Assembly (NCBI GenBank): GCA_964016885.1
Contig: OZ024741.1
Location: 263,996,001-264,060,000 of the forward strand
Source: Eledone cirrhosa
Taxonomy: Eukaryota
Direction of reading: 5' to 3'
DNA: 64,000 nt
Positions 10,229 to 23,479 of this stretch are shown piece by piece. Within the stretch, counting starts at the first letter, position 1. Each line of letters starts with the position of its first letter. Under the pieces are notes generated by a model. That model searched no databases, was not told the origin of the DNA, and was given only the letters and a program-made list of their open reading frames with translations. Made by a program: the position numbers and the translations under genes.

Positions 10229-12809
10229 CCTGTATCAAGAACGTTTTTAAAAGAAAGCTTTCAACAGCCATTCAAAGAGAAGGGCTATATCAAAGGTGTT
10301 TTCAACAAATAGACCCAATTCTACACACACACACACTGGACTCAGGGGAGCGTGTGTAGCCAGAGAAGAAAAGAAAAATCCATGGAAAGTCAGCCGTACC
10401 CCCACGCAGACATGCTCAGACAAATACATCGACCCAGGCATGCGCACACCCGTGTTCATGCATATCTGTGTGGGCACACATACATACAGGCATCCGCGTG
10501 CTCCCACACCGGATGCATATACTTGATGAGTACCCCCCCCCCCTACCCACGCGCCGCTGCGCAGATGGTGCACACAGTATTGCATGAGACAACGCTTTTG
10601 AGGCTTTGACCCAACCTGATCACGTGGCGGTGTGAGTCCGAGGGTGCCTGCACAATATGCATAAATGTTACGGCAGTACAATATCCCAGCACTAATCACA
10701 TATAGCGTGGGTGGCACATATATGTATATAAAGCCCTGTATGTACATAACATAAACTAATGAAATAGTATACAATAATAAAATGGTGTATGAGTACTGAA
10801 CGGGTATTTTACAGACACAGATCTCCTTTTAACTCTCCAGCCATTGAGCAACAGGGACATGCATAGTGTATGAGTTCTGAGCTGGTATTTTACAGACACA
10901 GCTCTCCTTTTAACTCTCCAGCCATTGACCAACTGGGACCTCCATGGTGTATGAGTTCTGAGCTGGTATTTTACAGACACAGCTCTCCTTTTAACTCTCC
11001 AGCCATTGACCAACTGGGACCTCCATGGTGTATGAGTTCTGAGCTGGTATTTTACAGACACAGATCTTCTTTTAATTCTACAGCCATTGACCAACTGGGA
11101 CCACCATGGTGTATGAGTACTGAGCTTGTATTTTACAGACACAGATCTCCTTTTAACTCTCCAGCTATTGACCATCTGGGACCACCATGGTGTATGAGTA
11201 CTGAGCTGGTATTTTACAGACACAGATCTTCTTTTAATTCTACAGCCATTGACCAACTGGGACCACCATGATGTATGAGTACTGAGCTGGTATTTTACAG
11301 ACACAGATCTCCTTTTAACACTCCAGCTATTGACCAACTGGGACCTACATGGTGTATGAGTACTGAGCTGGTATTTTACAAACACAGATCTCCTTTTAAC
11401 TCTCCAGCCATTGACGAACTGGGACCTCTATGGTATATGAGTACTGAGCTGGTATTTTACAGACACAGATCTCCTTTTAACTCTCCAGCCATTGACCATC
11501 TGGGACCACCATGGTGTATGAGTACTGAGCTTGTATTTTACAGACACAGATCTTCTTTTAATTCTACAGCCATTGACCAACTGGGACCACCATGGTGTAT
11601 GAGTACTGAGCTGGTATTTTACAGACACAGATCTCCTTTTAACTCTCCAGCTATTGACCAACTGGGACTACCATGGTGTATGAGTACTCAGGTGGTATTT
11701 TACAGACACAGATCTCCTTTTAACTCTCCAGCCATTGACCAACTGGGACCACCATGATGTATGAGTACTGAGGTGGTATTTTACAGAAACAGATCTCCTT
11801 TTAACTCTCCAGCTATTGACCAACTGGTACGACCATGGTGTATGAGTACTGAGCTGGTATTTTACAGACACAAATCTGCTTTTAACTCTCCAGCCATTGA
11901 CAAACTGGGACCACAATGGTGTATTAGTACTGAGGTGGTATTTTACAGACACAGATCTGCTTTTAACTCTCCAGCCATTGACCAACTTGGACCACCATGA
12001 TGTTGAGTTCTGAGTTGGTATTTTACAGACACAGCTCTCCTTTTAACACTCCAGCTATTGACCAACTGGTACGACCATGGTGTATGAGTACTGAGCTGGT
12101 ATTTTACAGACACAGATCTCCTTTTAACTCTCCAGCTATTGACCAACTGGGACCACCATGGTATATGAGTACTGAGCTGGTATTTTACAGAATCAGATCT
12201 CCTTTTAACTCTCCAGCCATTGACCAACTGGGACCACCATGATGTACGAGTACTGAGCTGGTATTTTACAGACTCAGATCTCCTTTTAACTCTCCAGCTA
12301 TTGACCAACTGGGACTACCATGGTGTATGAGTACTTTGCTGGTATTTTACAGACACAGATCTCCTTTTAACTATCCAGCTATTGACCAACTGGGACCTCC
12401 ATGGTGTATGAGTTCTGAGCTTGTATTTTACAGACTCAGATCTCCTTTTAACTCTCCAGCCATTTACCAACTGCGACCACCCTGATGTATGAGTACTGAG
12501 CTGGTATTTTACAGACTCAGAGCTCCTTTTAACTCTCCAGCTATTGACCAACTGGGACCTCGATGGTATATGAGTTCTGAGCTGGTATTTTACAGACACG
12601 TATCTCCTTTTAACTCTCCAGCCATTGACCAACTGGAACCACCATGGTGTATGAGTACTTTGCTGGTATTTTACAGACACAGATCTGCTTTTAACTCTCC
12701 AGCCATTGACCAACTGGAACCTCCATGGTGTTTTAGTTCTGAGCTGGTATTTTACAGACACAGCACTCTTTTTAACTCTCCAGCCATTGACCAACTGGGA
12801 CCACGATGA

Positions 12810-15800
12810 TGTACGAGTACTGAGCTGGTATTTTACAGACTCAGATCTCCTTTTAACTCTTCAGCTATTGACCAACTGGAAACTCCATGGTGTATGAGTA
12901 CTGAGGTGGTATTTTACAGAAACAGATCACCTTTTAACTCTCCAGCTATTGACCAACTGGGACCACCATGGTATATGAGTTCTGAGCTGGTATTTTACAG
13001 ACACGGATCTCCTTTTTACACTCCAGCCATTGACCAACTGGGACCACCATGGTGTATGAGTACTTTGCTGGTATTTTACAGACACAGATCTCCTTTTAAC
13101 TATCCAGCTATTGACCAACTGGGACTACCATGGTGTATGAGTACTGAGGTAGTATTTTACAGACACAGATTTCCTTTTAACTCTCCAGCCATTGACCAAC
13201 TGGGACTACCATGGTGTATGAGTACTAAGGTGGTATTTTACAGACACAGATCTCCTTTTAACTCTCCAGCCATTGACCAACTGGGACCACCCTGATGTAT
13301 GAGTACTGAGCTGGTATTTTACAGACTCAGAGCTCCTTTTAACTCTCCAGCTATTGACCAACTGGGACCTCGATGGTATATGAGTTCTGAGCTGGTATTT
13401 TACAGACACGGATCTCCTTTTAACTCTCCAGCTATTGACCAACTAGGACCTCCATGGTATATGAGATCGGAGCTGGTATTTTACAGACAGAGATCTCCTT
13501 TTAACTCTCCAGCTATTGACCAACTGGGACCACCATGGTATATGAGTACTGAATGGTATTTTACAGAATCAGATCTCCTTTCAACTCTCCAGCCATTGAC
13601 CAACTGGGACCACCATGATATATGAGTACTGAGCTGGTATTTTACAGACACGGATCTCCTTTTAACTCTCCAGCCATTGACCAACTGGGACCACCATGAT
13701 GTATGAGTACTGAGGTGGTATGTTACAGAAACAGATCTCCTTTTAACTCTCCAGCTATTGACCAACTTGTACGACCATGGTGTATTAGTACTGAGCTGGT
13801 ATTTTACAGACACAAATCTGCTTTTAACTCTCCAGCCATTGACAAACTGGGACCACAATGGTGTATTAGTACTGAGGTGGTAATTTACAGACACAGATCT
13901 GCTTTTAACTCTCCAGCTATTGACCAACTGGAACATCCAAGTTGTTTTAGTTCTGAGCTGGTATTTTACAGACACAGATCTACTTTTAACTCTCCAGCCA
14001 TTGACCAACTTGGATCACCATGATGTTGAGTTCTGAGTTGGTATTTTACAGACACAGCTCTCCTTTTAACACTCCAGCTATTGACCAACTGGTACGACCA
14101 TGGTGTATGAGTACTGAGCTGGTATTTTACAGACACAGATCTCCTTTTAACTCTCCAGCTATTGACCAACTGGGACCACCATGGTATATGAGTACTGAAT
14201 GGTATTTTACAGAATCAGATCTCTTTTTAACTCTCCAGCCATTGTCCAACTGGGACCACCATGATGTACGAGTACTGGGCTGGTATTTTACAGACTCAGA
14301 TCTCCTTTTAACTCTCCAGCTATTGACCAACTGGGACTACCATGGTGTATGAGTACTTTGCTGGTATTTTACAGACACAGATCTCCTTTTAACTATCCAG
14401 CTATTGACCAACTGGGACCTCCATGGTGTATGAGTTCTGAGCTTGTATTTTACAGACTCAGATCTCCTTTTAACTCTCCAGCCATTGACCAACTGGGACC
14501 ACGATGATGTACGAGTACTGAGCTGGTATTTTACAGACTCAGATCTCCTTTTAACTCTTCAGCTATTGACCAACTGGAACCTCCATGGTGTATGAGTACT
14601 GAGGTGGTATTTTACAGAAACAGATCACCTTTTAACTCTCCAGCTATTGACCAACTGGGACCTCCATGGTATATGAGTTCTGAGCTGGTATTTTACAGAC
14701 ACGGATCTCCTTTTTACACTCCAGCCATTGACCAACTGGGACCACCATGGTGTATGAGTACTTTGCTGGTATTTTACAGACACAGATCTCCTTTTAACTA
14801 TCCAGCTATTGACCAACTGGGACTACCATGGTGTATGAGTACTGAGGTAGTATTTTACAGACACAGATTTCCTTTTAACTCTCCAGGCATTGACCAACTG
14901 GGACCACCATGATGTATGAGTACTGAGGTGGTATTTTACAGAAACAGATCTCCTTTTAACTCTCCAGCTATTGACCAACTGGGACCTCCATGGTATATGA
15001 GATCGGAGCTGGTATTTTACAGACACAGATCTCCTTTTAACTCTCCAGCCATTGACCAACTGGGACTACCATGGTGTATGAGTACTAAGGTGGTATTTTA
15101 CAGACACAGATCTCCTTTTAACTCTCCAGCCATTGACCAACTGGGACCACCATGATGTATGAGTACTGAGGTGGTATTTTACAGAAACAGATCTCCTTTT
15201 AACTCTCCAGCTATTGACCAACTAGGACCTCCATGGTATATGAGATCGAAGCTGGTATTTTACAGACAGAGATCTCCTTTTAACTCTCCAGCCATTGACA
15301 AACTGGGACCACCATGGTATATGAGTACTGAGGTGGTATGTTACAGACACAGATCTGCTTTTAACTCTCCAACTATTGACCAACTGGAACATCCATGTTG
15401 TTTTAGTTCTGAGCTGGTAATTTACAGACACAGATCTACTTTTAACTCTCCAGCCATTGACCAACTTGGACCACCATGATGTATGAGTTCTGAGTTGGTA
15501 TTTTACAGACAGAGATCTCCTTTTAACACTCCAGCTATTGACCAACTGGTACGACCATGGTGTATGAGTACTGAGCTGGTACTTTACAGACACAGATCTC
15601 CTTTTAACTCTCCAGCTATTGACCAACTAGGACCACCATGGTATATGAGTACTTAATGGTATTTTACAGAATCAGATCTCCTTTCAACTCTCCAGCCATT
15701 GACCAACTGGGACCACCATGATATATGAGTACTGAGCTGGTATTTTACAGACACGGATCTCCTTTTAACTCTCCAGCCATTGACCAACTGGGACCACCAT

Positions 15801-18800
15801 GATGTACGAGTACTGAGCTGGTATTTTGCAGACACAGATCTCCTTTTAACTCTCCAGCCATTGACCAACTGGAACCTCCATGGTGTTTTAGTTCTGAGCT
15901 GGTATTTTACAGACACAGCACTCTTTTTAACTCTCCAGCCATTGACCAACTGGAACCTCCATGGTGTTTTAGTTCTGAGCTGGTATTTTACAGACACAGC
16001 ACTCTTTTTAACTCTCCAGCCATTGACCAACTGGGACCACCATGATGTACGAGTAGTGAGCTGGTATTTTACAGACTCAGATCTCCTTTTAACTCTTCAG
16101 CTATTGACCAACTGGAACCTCCATGGTATATGAGTTCTGAGCTGGTATTTTACAGACACAGATCTCCTTTTAACTCTCCAGCCATTGACCAACTGGGACC
16201 ACCATGGTGTAAGAGTACTGAGGTGGTATTTTACAGAAACAGATCACCTTTTAACTCTCCAGCTATTGAACAACTGGGACCACCATAGTATATGAGTTCC
16301 GAGCTGGTATTTTACAGACACAGATCTCCTTTTTCTCTCCAGCCATTGACCAACTGGGACCACCATGATGTATGAGTACTGAGCTGGTATTTTACAGACT
16401 CAGAGCTCCTTTTAACTCTCCAGCTATTGACCAACTGGGACCTCCGTGGTATATGAGTTCTGAGCTGGAATTCTACAGACACAGATCTCCTTTTAACTCT
16501 CCAGGACTTGACCAACTGGGACCACCATGGTATGTAAGTTCTGAGCTGGTATTTTACAGACACAGATCTCCTTTTAACTCTCCAGCCATTGACCAACTGG
16601 GACCACCATGGTGTATGAGTACTGAGGTGGTATTTTACAGACACAGATCTCCTTTTAACTCTCCAGCCATTGACCAACTGGGACCACCATGATGTATGAG
16701 TACTGAGGTGGTATTTTATAGACACAGATCTCCTTTTAACTCTCCAGCTATTGACCAACTGGGACCTCCATGGTATATGAGATCGGAGCTGGTATTTTAC
16801 AGACACAGATCTCCTTTTAACTCTCCAGCCATTGACCAACTGGGACCACCATGGTGTATGAGTACTGAGGTGGTATTTTACAGACACAGATCACCTTTTA
16901 ACTATCCAGCTATTGACCAACTGGATCTTCCATGGTGTATGAGTTCTGAGCTGGTATTTTACAGACACAGCTCTCCTTTTAACTCTCCAGCCATTGACCA
17001 ACTGGGACCTCCATGTTGTGAGAGTTCTGAGCTGGTATTTTACAGACTCAGATCTCCTTTTAACTCTTCAGCTATTGACCAACTGGAATCTCCATGGTGT
17101 ATGAGTACTGAGGTGGTATTTTACAGAAACAGATCACCTTTTAACTCTCCAGCTATTGACCAACTGGGACCTCCATGGTGTATGCGTACTGAGCTGGTAT
17201 TTTACAGACACAGATCTCCTTTTAACTCCCCAGCCATTGACCGACTGGGACCACCATGGTATATGAGTTCTGAGCTGGTATTTTACAGACTCAGATCTCC
17301 TTTTAACTCTCCAGCTATTGACCAACTGGGACCTCGATGGTATATGAGTTCTGAGCTGGTATTTTACAGACACGGATCTCCTTTTAACTCTCCAGCCATT
17401 GACCAACTGGGACCACCATGGTGTATGAGTACTTTGCTGGTATTTTACAGACACAGATCTGCTTTTAACTCTCCAGCCATTGACCAACTGGAACCTCCAT
17501 GGTGTTTTAGTTCTGAGCTGGTATTTTACAGACACAGCACTCTTGTTAACTCTCCAGCCATTGACCAACTGGGACCACCATGATGTACGAGTACTGAGCT
17601 GGTATTTTACAGACTCAGATCTCCTTTTAACTCTTCAGCTATTGACCAACTGGAAACTCCATGGTGTATGAGTACTGAGGTGGTATTTTACAGAAACAGA
17701 TCACCTTTTAACTCTCCAGCTATTGACCAACTGGGACCACCATGGTATATGAGTTCTGAGCTGGTATTTTACAGACACGGATCTCCTTTTTACACTCCAG
17801 CCATTGACCAACTGGGACCACCATGGTGTATGAGTACTTTGCTGGTATTTTACAGACACAGATCTCCTTTTAACTATCCAGCTATTGACCAACTGGGACT
17901 ACCATGGTGTATGAGTACTGAGGTAGTATTTTACAGACACAGATTTCCTTTTAACTCTCCAGCCATTGACCAACTGGGACTACCATGGTGTATGAGTACT
18001 AAGGTGGTATTTTACAGACACAGATCTCCTTTTAACTCTCCAGCCATTGACCAACTGGGACCACCCTGATGTATGAGTACTGAGCTGGTATTTTACAGAC
18101 TCAGAGCTCCTTTTAACTCTCCAGCTATTGACCAACTGGGACCTCGATGGTATATGAGTTCTGAGCTGGTATTTTACAGACACGGATCTCCTTTTAACTC
18201 TCCAGCTATTGACCAACTAGGACCTCCATGGTATATGAGATCGGAGCTGGTATTTTACAGACAGAGATCTCCTTTTAACTCTCCAGCTATTGACCAACTG
18301 GGACCACCATGGTATATGAGTACTGAATGGTATTTTACAGAATCAGATCTCCTTTCAACTCTCCAGCCATTGACCAACTGGGACCACCATGATATATGAG
18401 TACTGAGCTGGTATTTTACAGACACGGATCTCCTTTTAACTCTCCAGCCATTGACCAACTGGGACCACCATGATGTATGAGTACTGAGGTGGTATGTTAC
18501 AGAAACAGATCTCCTTTTAACTCTCCAGCTATTGACCAACTTGTACGACCATGGTGTATTAGTACTGAGCTGGTATTTTACAGACACAAATCTGCTTTTA
18601 ACTCTCCAGCCATTGACAAACTGGGACCACAATGGTGTATTAGTACTGAGGTGGTAATTTACAGACACAGATCTGCTTTTAACTCTCCAGCTATTGACCA
18701 ACTGGAACATCCAAGTTGTTTTAGTTCTGAGCTGGTATTTTACAGACACAGATCTACTTTTAACTCTCCAGCCATTGACCAACTTGGATCACCATGATGT

Positions 18801-21800
18801 TGAGTTCTGAGTTGGTATTTTACAGACACAGCTCTCCTTTTAACACTCCAGCTATTGACCAACTGGTACGACCATGGTGTATGAGTACTGAGCTGGTATT
18901 TTACAGACACAGATCTCCTTTTAACTCTCCAGCTATTGACCAACTGGGACCACCATGGTATATGAGTACTGAATGGTATTTTACAGAATCAGATCTCTTT
19001 TTAACTCTCCAGCCATTGTCCAACTGGGACCACCATGATGTACGAGTACTGGGCTGGTATTTTACAGACTCAGATCTCCTTTTAACTCTCCAGCTATTGA
19101 CCAACTGGGACTACCATGGTGTATGAGTACTTTGCTGGTATTTTACAGACACAGATCTCCTTTTAACTATCCAGCTATTGACCAACTGGGACCTCCATGG
19201 TGTATGAGTTCTGAGCTTGTATTTTACAGACTCAGATCTCCTTTTAACTCTCCAGCCATTGACCAACTGGGACCACGATGATGTACGAGTACTGAGCTGG
19301 TATTTTACAGACTCAGATCTCCTTTTAACTCTTCAGCTATTGACCAACTGGAACCTCCATGGTGTATGAGTACTGAGGTGGTATTTTACAGAAACAGATC
19401 ACCTTTTAACTCTCCAGCTATTGACCAACTGGGACCTCCATGGTATATGAGTTCTGAGCTGGTATTTTACAGACACGGATCTCCTTTTTACACTCCAGCC
19501 ATTGACCAACTGGGACCACCATGGTGTATGAGTACTTTGCTGGTATTTTACAGACACAGATCTCCTTTTAACTATCCAGCTATTGACCAACTGGGACTAC
19601 CATGGTGTATGAGTACTGAGGTAGTATTTTACAGACACAGATTTCCTTTTAACTCTCCAGGCATTGACCAACTGGGACCACCATGATGTATGAGTACTGA
19701 GGTGGTATTTTACAGAAACAGATCTCCTTTTAACTCTCCAGCTATTGACCAACTGGGACCTCCATGGTATATGAGATCGGAGCTGGTATTTTACAGACAC
19801 AGATCTCCTTTTAACTCTCCAGCCATTGACCAACTGGGACTACCATGGTGTATGAGTACTAAGGTGGTATTTTACAGACACAGATCTCCTTTTAACTCTC
19901 CAGCCATTGACCAACTGGGACCACCATGATGTATGAGTACTGAGGTGGTATTTTACAGAAACAGATCTCCTTTTAACTCTCCAGCTATTGACCAACTAGG
20001 ACCTCCATGGTATATGAGATCGAAGCTGGTATTTTACAGACAGAGATCTCCTTTTAACTCTCCAGCCATTGACAAACTGGGACCACCATGGTATATGAGT
20101 ACTGAGGTGGTATGTTACAGACACAGATCTGCTTTTAACTCTCCAACTATTGACCAACTGGAACATCCATGTTGTTTTAGTTCTGAGCTGGTAATTTACA
20201 GACACAGATCTACTTTTAACTCTCCAGCCATTGACCAACTTGGACCACCATGATGTATGAGTTCTGAGTTGGTATTTTACAGACAGAGATCTCCTTTTAA
20301 CACTCCAGCTATTGACCAACTGGTACGACCATGGTGTATGAGTACTGAGCTGGTACTTTACAGACACAGATCTCCTTTTAACTCTCCAGCTATTGACCAA
20401 CTAGGACCACCATGGTATATGAGTACTTAATGGTATTTTACAGAATCAGATCTCCTTTCAACTCTCCAGCCATTGACCAACTGGGACCACCATGATATAT
20501 GAGTACTGAGCTGGTATTTTACAGACACGGATCTCCTTTTAACTCTCCAGCCATTGACCAACTGGGACCACCATGATGTACGAGTACTGAGCTGGTATTT
20601 TGCAGACACAGATCTCCTTTTAACTCTCCAGCCATTGACCAACTGGAACCTCCATGGTGTTTTAGTTCTGAGCTGGTATTTTACAGACACAGCACTCTTT
20701 TTAACTCTCCAGCCATTGACCAACTGGAACCTCCATGGTGTTTTAGTTCTGAGCTGGTATTTTACAGACACAGCACTCTTTTTAACTCTCCAGCCATTGA
20801 CCAACTGGGACCACCATGATGTACGAGTAGTGAGCTGGTATTTTACAGACTCAGATCTCCTTTTAACTCTTCAGCTATTGACCAACTGGAACCTCCATGG
20901 TATATGAGTTCTGAGCTGGTATTTTACAGACACAGATCTCCTTTTAACTCTCCAGCCATTGACCAACTGGGACCACCATGGTGTAAGAGTACTGAGGTGG
21001 TATTTTACAGAAACAGATCACCTTTTAACTCTCCAGCTATTGAACAACTGGGACCACCATAGTATATGAGTTCCGAGCTGGTATTTTACAGACACAGATC
21101 TCCTTTTTCTCTCCAGCCATTGACCAACTGGGACCACCATGATGTATGAGTACTGAGCTGGTATTTTACAGACTCAGAGCTCCTTTTAACTCTCCAGCTA
21201 TTGACCAACTGGGACCTCCGTGGTATATGAGTTCTGAGCTGGAATTCTACAGACACAGATCTCCTTTTAACTCTCCAGGACTTGACCAACTGGGACCACC
21301 ATGGTATGTAAGTTCTGAGCTGGTATTTTACAGACACAGATCTCCTTTTAACTCTCCAGCCATTGACCAACTGGGACCACCATGGTGTATGAGTACTGAG
21401 GTGGTATTTTACAGACACAGATCTCCTTTTAACTCTCCAGCCATTGACCAACTGGGACCACCATGATGTATGAGTACTGAGGTGGTATTTTATAGACACA
21501 GATCTCCTTTTAACTCTCCAGCTATTGACCAACTGGGACCTCCATGGTATATGAGATCGGAGCTGGTATTTTACAGACACAGATCTCCTTTTAACTCTCC
21601 AGCCATTGACCAACTGGGACCACCATGGTGTATGAGTACTGAGGTGGTATTTTACAGACACAGATCACCTTTTAACTATCCAGCTATTGACCAACTGGAT
21701 CTTCCATGGTGTATGAGTTCTGAGCTGGTATTTTACAGACACAGCTCTCCTTTTAACTCTCCAGCCATTGACCAACTGGGACCTCCATGTTGTGAGAGTT

Positions 21801-22424
21801 CTGAGCTGGTATTTTACAGACTCAGATCTCCTTTTAACTCTTCAGCTATTGACCAACTGGAATCTCCATGGTGTATGAGTACTGAGGTGGTATTTTACAG
21901 AAACAGATCACCTTTTAACTCTCCAGCTATTGACCAACTGGGACCTCCATGGTGTATGCGTACTGAGCTGGTATTTTACAGACACAGATCTCCTTTTAAC
22001 TCCCCAGCCATTGACCGACTGGGACCACCATGGTATATGAGTTCTGAGCTGGTATTTTACAGACTCAGATCTCCTTTTAACTCTCCAGCTATTGACCAAC
22101 TGGGACCTCGATGGTATATGAGTTCTGAGCTGGTATTTTACAGACACGGATCTCCTTTTAACTCTCCAGCCATTGACCAACTGGGACCACCATGGTGTAT
22201 GAGTACTTTGCTGGTATTTTACAGACACAGATCTGCTTTTAACTCTCCAGCCATTGACCAACTGGAACCTCCATGGTGTTTTAGTTCTGAGCTGGTATTT
22301 TACAGACACAGCACTCTTGTTAACTCTCCAGCCATTGACCAACTGGGACCACCATGATGTACGAGTACTGAGCTGGTATTTTACAGACTCAGATCTCCTT
22401 TTAACTCTTCAGCTATTGACCAAC
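12810..22424. repeat. Higher-order repeat: 2 copies of a 4774-bp block (59 monomers minus five 1-bp deletions)
   Basis: Identical ORF translations are offset by 4774 (12894/17668, 13481/18255, 15653/20427, 16696/21470). 59x81-5=4774, and five 1-bp deletions are visible per block. Confidence 0.95.
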
Positions 22425-23479
22425 TGGAATCTCCATGGTGTATGAGTACTGAGGTGGTATTTTACAGAAACAGATCACCTTTTAACTCTCCAGCTATTGA
22501 CCAACTGGGACCTCCATGGTATATGAGTTCTGAGCTGGTATTTTACAGACACGGATCTCCATTTTACACTCCAGCCATTGACCAACTGGGACCACCATGG
22601 TGTATGAGTACTTTGCTGGTATTTTACAGACACAGATCTCCTTTTAACTATCCAGCTATTCACCAACTGGGACTACCATGGTGTATGAGTAGTGAGCTGG
22701 TATTTTACAGACTCAGATCTCCTTTTAACTCTCCAGCCATTGACCAACTGGGACCACCATGATGCATGAGTACTGAGGTGGTATTTTACAGAAACAGATC
22801 TCCTTTTAACTCTCCAGCTATTGACCAACTGGGACCTCCATGGTATATGAGATCGGAGCTGGTATTTTACAGACACAAATCTCCTTTTAACTCTCCAGCC
22901 ATTGACCAACTGGGACTACCATGGTGTATGAGTACTAAGGGGGTATTTTACATACACAGATCTCCTTTTAACTCTCCAGCTATTGACCAACTGGTACATC
23001 CATGTTGTTTTAGTTCTGAGCTGGTAATTTACAGAAACAGATCTACTTTTAACTCTCCAGCCATTGACCAACTTGGACCACCATGATGTATGAGTTCTGA
23101 GTTGGTATTTTACAGACACAGCTCTCCTTTTAATACTCCAGCTATTGACCAACTGGTACGACCATGGTGTATGAGTACTGAGCTGGTATTTTACAGACAC
23201 AGATCTCCTTTTAACTCTCCAGCTATTGACCAACTGGAACATCCATGTTGTTTTAGTTCTGAGCTGGTAATTTACAGACACAGATCTACTTTTAACTCTC
23301 CAGCCATTGACCAACTTGGACCACCATGATGTATGAGTTCTGAGTTGGTATTTTACAGACACAGCTCTTCTTTTAACACTCCAGCTATTGACCAACTGGT
23401 ACGACCATGGTGTATGAGTACTGAGCTGGTATTTTACAGACACAGATCTCCTTTTAACTCTCCAGCTATTGACCAACTG

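Noticed and set aside
10247-10774. 175-aa minus-strand ORF next to the satellite
   Set aside because: It lies in degenerate CA/TG-rich sequence, with no recognisable domain or gene structure.
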